A DNA stretch of 59,949 bases, the filler included, from Nanobdellati archaeon (GTDB taxonomy: Archaea > Nanobdellota > Nanobdellia > Woesearchaeales > JAADFO01), in assembly GCA_013152815.1 (NCBI GenBank). It is 5 parts of 5 records of this genome, joined end to end, with 100 filler letters (N's around TTAATTAATTAA, not from the genome) between each part and the next. Parts side by side here need not be neighbours in the genome. Positions count along the whole stretch, not along the records: positions 54,912 to 59,949 come from JAADFO010000074.1; 4 more parts are not named here. One strand, 5' to 3'. Below, in pieces: positions 56,949 through 59,949 of the stretch. The notes under the pieces were generated by a model. That model was not told the origin of the DNA. It did no database searches and was given only the letters and a program-made list of their open reading frames with translations. The position numbers were made by a program, and so were the translations under genes. The number at the start of each line of letters is the position of its first letter. Position 1 is the stretch's first letter.

Positions 56949-58208
56949 CTATCGACCTATCCCCTTGTGGTATATGTCACTTTTTCTGAAGGCGTCCTTA
57001 TCAAGACAGTTCCGTCCGTCGATGACCGCGACTATCTTCTTCTCTTTGCAGAACGCAGGGGTGATGCCCCTGATCTCTTTGTGGTCTGTCACGATGAGGA
57101 GGACATCACACTTTTCAAGAAGCGCATCCAAGGTATCGACATGGCTGTCCTGAGAAATATAAGGATCAAACACATGATGAGGGATGCCTTTCTCTTTAAG
57201 CAGAGCAATGATCGCCTTGCTCGGGCTCTCCCGGATGTCATCCACATCTGCCTTGTAGGCAAGCCCGTAGACACCGACAACGATGGAATCTTTCTTCAAT
57301 CCCTTGGATTCCAATGCCTGCTCGAGGAGTGCAACGGTGAATGCCGGCATGCCATTATTGATCTTTCGGGCAAGCTTAAGGAAGGCATGGTCAAAGCCGA
57401 CGCTCTTTGCCTTTTCTATCAGATAGTAAGGGTCCACGGGGATGCAATGCCCGCCGACGCCGCAGCCGGGATAATGGGGCATGAAACCGAAAGGCTTCGT
57501 CGACGCTCCCCTGATGACCTCAAGCACATCGATGTCTGCCTTGTCGAAGCTCATGGCCATCTCATTGATGAATGCGATATTCACGTCACGGAAGGAGTTC
57601 TCCATTATCTTTGTGGCTTCGGCCGCCTTCAGGGAAGACAAGAGAAGGACATCTACTTTGATGATGGAGCGGTAGAATGCTGCTGCTTTCTCTGCTCCCT
57701 CCCGGGAGACAGCGCCCAGGACACGGGGAATCTTCTCAAGCGTCCATGTCCTGTTTCCGGGATCTATCCGTTCAGGACAATGGGCAAGAAAAAAATCAGT
57801 TCCTGCCTTCTGACCGGATGATTCAAGGATCGGCTTCACGATCTCTTCGGTCGTCCCGGGATAGATGGTGGATTCGATGACCACAAGCTGCCCTCTCTTC
57901 AGGTGAGGGACCAGGGACNNNNNNNNNNNNNNNNNNNNNNNNNNNNNNNNNNNNNNNNNNNNNNNNNNNNNNNNNNNNNNNNNNNNNNNNNNNNNNNNNN
58001 NNNNNNNNGAGAAATCTGTGGTCGCCTGCAGCGACACCTCCCGCAGCGAACGCTGCAGGGACTCATCCCTGATGGGAGACTCTTTCCGGTTGATCTTCCT
58101 GACCGCGGCTTCATCGATGGTGATGCCGATGACCGTATGCCCCTTTTTGGCGCAGAGACAGGCCAGGGGAAGACCGACATACCCCAGACCGATGACAGCA
58201 ACATGCAT
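56949..58208 (-). CDS. Nucleotide-sugar dehydrogenase (UDP-GlcNAc/ManNAc dehydrogenase type; internal gap 57919-58008)
   Basis: VIGLGYVGLP, ESTIYPGTTE, PERIDPG, GGHCIPVDP, GLAYKADVDDIRESP. Confidence 0.92.
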   Translation of the reverse strand: MHVAVIGLGYVGLPLACLCAKKGHTVIGITIDEAAVRKINRKESPIRDESLQRSLREVSLQATTDFXXXXXXXXXXXXXXXXXXXXXXXXXXXXXXXSLVPHLKRGQLVVIESTIYPGTTEEIVKPILESSGQKAGTDFFLAHCPERIDPGNRTWTLEKIPRVLGAVSREGAEKAAAFYRSIIKVDVLLLSSLKAAEATKIMENSFRDVNIAFINEMAMSFDKADIDVLEVIRGASTKPFGFMPHYPGCGVGGHCIPVDPYYLIEKAKSVGFDHAFLKLARKINNGMPAFTVALLEQALESKGLKKDSIVVGVYGLAYKADVDDIRESPSKAIIALLKEKGIPHHVFDPYISQDSHVDTLDALLEKCDVLLIVTDHKEIRGITPAFCKEKKIVAVIDGRNCLDKDAFRKSDIYHKGIGR

Positions 58209-58285
58209 GTCGGAGGGTGGGAGCAAGACGATTTAAATAGATTGTTGTTGAAGACAGAAGCACCACGAGTGCTGAATCCATCAGA

Positions 58286-59776
58286 TCAGGGCAGAAGTTG
58301 TTTCCAGAGGGCTTTGAGCTCTGCAAAGGAGAGTATACGCCAGAGGAAAAGCAGGCCAATATAGACTATACCTGCAACGACGACCGAGAGGATCGCCTCG
58401 GACCAGGGATTTATGCTCCACACCCCTTTGAGCATGCTGACAATTACCACAAATATCAGGGAAGAAAGGATGATCCGCAGATAGAGCCTTGGCTGCAAAC
58501 GGAAAGGGATGTGTTTCCTCACCGCCAACAGAGAGAAGATGAAGACCAACAGGAATGAGGCGACGGTGGACAATGCAGCGCCGTCTATGCCCATGGAAGG
58601 CACCAGGAGGAGATTCGCTGCGAGGTTGAAGCCTGCAGAGAACAGCATGATCTTGCTCACAATCTGCGGTTTTCCGATACCAGAGAGGACAGAATTATTG
58701 ATCAAAGCAAAAGAGATGATGATGGTGCCGGCAGCGACGATCCGCAGGACCCCGGCCGCAGGTCCATACTGCGCTCCGAAAAGGAGCTTGAGGATAAGGC
58801 GGGGAAAAAGCGCCATGACGAACGAGACAGGAAGGATGATGATGGAAGCGAACCTATAGAGCTGCTCAAGACCGGTGGAAAGTGTGCTTATGCGTTTCCT
58901 GGCCCAGAGCTCTGAGACCATGGGAAAGATGACTGCGATGAGAGCGGTACCGATGAGCCAGAGCACCCTGGCTGTCGGCAGACCGACGTTGTAGTAACCG
59001 ACCTCTTCCAATGAGCGGAAGATCGTGATGACGATGGTGTCGGTGTAGGTGAAGACCGTCCCGGCCATATTGGCAAGGAAAGCTGATACCCCAAAGAGGA
59101 AGAGCTTCTTTGTTATGGGTCTGTTGAATCCTGCCTGCAGACTGAAGAAAGACGGAAAAGTCTTCCCCAAAAAGAGCCAGCCAAAGAGGACGAGAAGAAA
59201 GGGGAACACCAAAAGATAAGCCCAGAATGGCGAAGCCACCCCGAATCCAAGGGTCAGCATGACAGCAGTGATCGCGAGGACGACCAGCATCTTGACGAAA
59301 CTGAGGAGCGAATAGTAGACCAGACGTTGGAATCCCCTGAACAGGACCTTGAAGATAATCTCAAAGGGAGAAAAGATGAGGATGATCGCATTGAGCACCA
59401 CAAGACCCTGGACGTCTGGATTGTCGAAATATGAGGAGGCAATCCAGCCAGAGAGAAGAATCAGGACCAATCCGATGAGTGCAGAAGTGGAGAACCATGA
59501 GACCATGATGGTCAGGATAACCTGTTTCACCTTTCGGAACTGCTTCTTTGCGAGGAATTCTGCAATGTACTTGACTGATGCCTCACCAAGGCCCATGTAT
59601 TGGAACAGCGCGAACATCCCGAAGAAGGCGATGATCGCATAGACCAGGCCATATTCTGCAGGCGTCAGCTGCCGGGCGAGCAGCAATCGCAGGAGATAGG
59701 CCAGGAACGAAGAGAAGAGACCCATCACCAGCACGATAACGGTTCCCCAGACAGCTTTCTTGGTCAAGTTGGTCAT
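58286..59776 (-). CDS. Wzx/MOP-type polysaccharide flippase
   Basis: Many TM segments, LARQLTPAEYG, TDTIVITIFRSLEEVGYYNVGLP. Paralog of 54912-56012. Confidence 0.9.
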   Translation of the reverse strand: MTNLTKKAVWGTVIVLVMGLFSSFLAYLLRLLLARQLTPAEYGLVYAIIAFFGMFALFQYMGLGEASVKYIAEFLAKKQFRKVKQVILTIMVSWFSTSALIGLVLILLSGWIASSYFDNPDVQGLVVLNAIILIFSPFEIIFKVLFRGFQRLVYYSLLSFVKMLVVLAITAVMLTLGFGVASPFWAYLLVFPFLLVLFGWLFLGKTFPSFFSLQAGFNRPITKKLFLFGVSAFLANMAGTVFTYTDTIVITIFRSLEEVGYYNVGLPTARVLWLIGTALIAVIFPMVSELWARKRISTLSTGLEQLYRFASIIILPVSFVMALFPRLILKLLFGAQYGPAAGVLRIVAAGTIIISFALINNSVLSGIGKPQIVSKIMLFSAGFNLAANLLLVPSMGIDGAALSTVASFLLVFIFSLLAVRKHIPFRLQPRLYLRIILSSLIFVVIVSMLKGVWSINPWSEAILSVVVAGIVYIGLLFLWRILSFAELKALWKQLLP

Positions 59777-59810
59777 TAGTCATACCTTCAGGATGTTCTT
59801 CATGACAGGT

Positions 59811-59948
59811 TCAGACAATCTGGAAGACAACCATGCTGTCTGTCTGGTGCACCGAACGGAACTTCGAAGAAGCGACAAGGTCCTGGATGCGCTTGTTGAC
59901 ATGGGCCGCGGTCTCGTTGCCGAGCCTGCTCTTATAGACCGAGAGGGA
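59811..59948 (-). CDS. C-terminus of an unidentified protein (starts beyond the window)
   Basis: Open frame SLSVYKSRLGNETAAHVNKRIQDLVASSKFRSVHQTDSMVVFQIV* with host-like codons. Confidence 0.45.
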   Translation of the reverse strand, partial: SLSVYKSRLGNETAAHVNKRIQDLVASSKFRSVHQTDSMVVFQIV

Positions 59949-59949
59949 A

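Noticed and set aside
823..59642. Many long antisense or shadow ORFs (e.g. 823-1833, 1449-2291, 4258-5211, 9178-10158, 23528-25129, 26593-27498, 46561-47676, 56967-57821)
   Set aside because: They lie opposite well-supported genes, show no motifs, and are expected from GC-rich codon usage

Overview
The window is five unlinked pieces joined by artificial 100-bp linkers (N44-TTAATTAATTAA-N44 at 16880-16979, 32808-32907, 48706-48805, 54812-54911), so adjacency across a linker means nothing. Pieces 1, 2, 4 and 5 look like a DPANN archaeon, most likely Woesearchaeota-like. The evidence is TATA promoters about 24 nt before start codons, AMP phosphorylase, secF-secD with a PDZ-like domain, CarS, translin, membrane LonB, Kae1, tRNAs without encoded CCA (one with an intron), and KRGQ class III signal peptide and lipobox surface proteins. 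Piece 3 (32908-48705) is bacterial: polA 3' end, sigma70 promoter, CCA-encoding tRNA-Val and an exosortase/PEP-CTERM-type polysaccharide cluster. It is probably a mis-binned contig. The best leads are: (1) a TAGC-GNRA-GCTA hairpin repeat in front of three consecutive minus-strand genes, the first a truncated IS200/IS605 TnpA, suggesting a gene cassette array; (2) two integrase-less duplications of tRNA 3' ends, one enclosing only mscS and one enclosing 70 bp; (3) a 164-bp MITE-like structured element with an exact 11-bp target duplication next to the promoter of an ArsR-merA-merT-merP operon; (4) a MiaB-type methylthiotransferase lacking TRAM inside a polysaccharide tailoring cassette; (5) an apparent ~43-aa insert in the SecD PDZ-like domain; (6) three paralogous unknown membrane proteins before lonB; (7) a degenerate M23 domain in an archaeal surface-protein cluster. 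All calls come from motif recognition by eye; no database searches were run.
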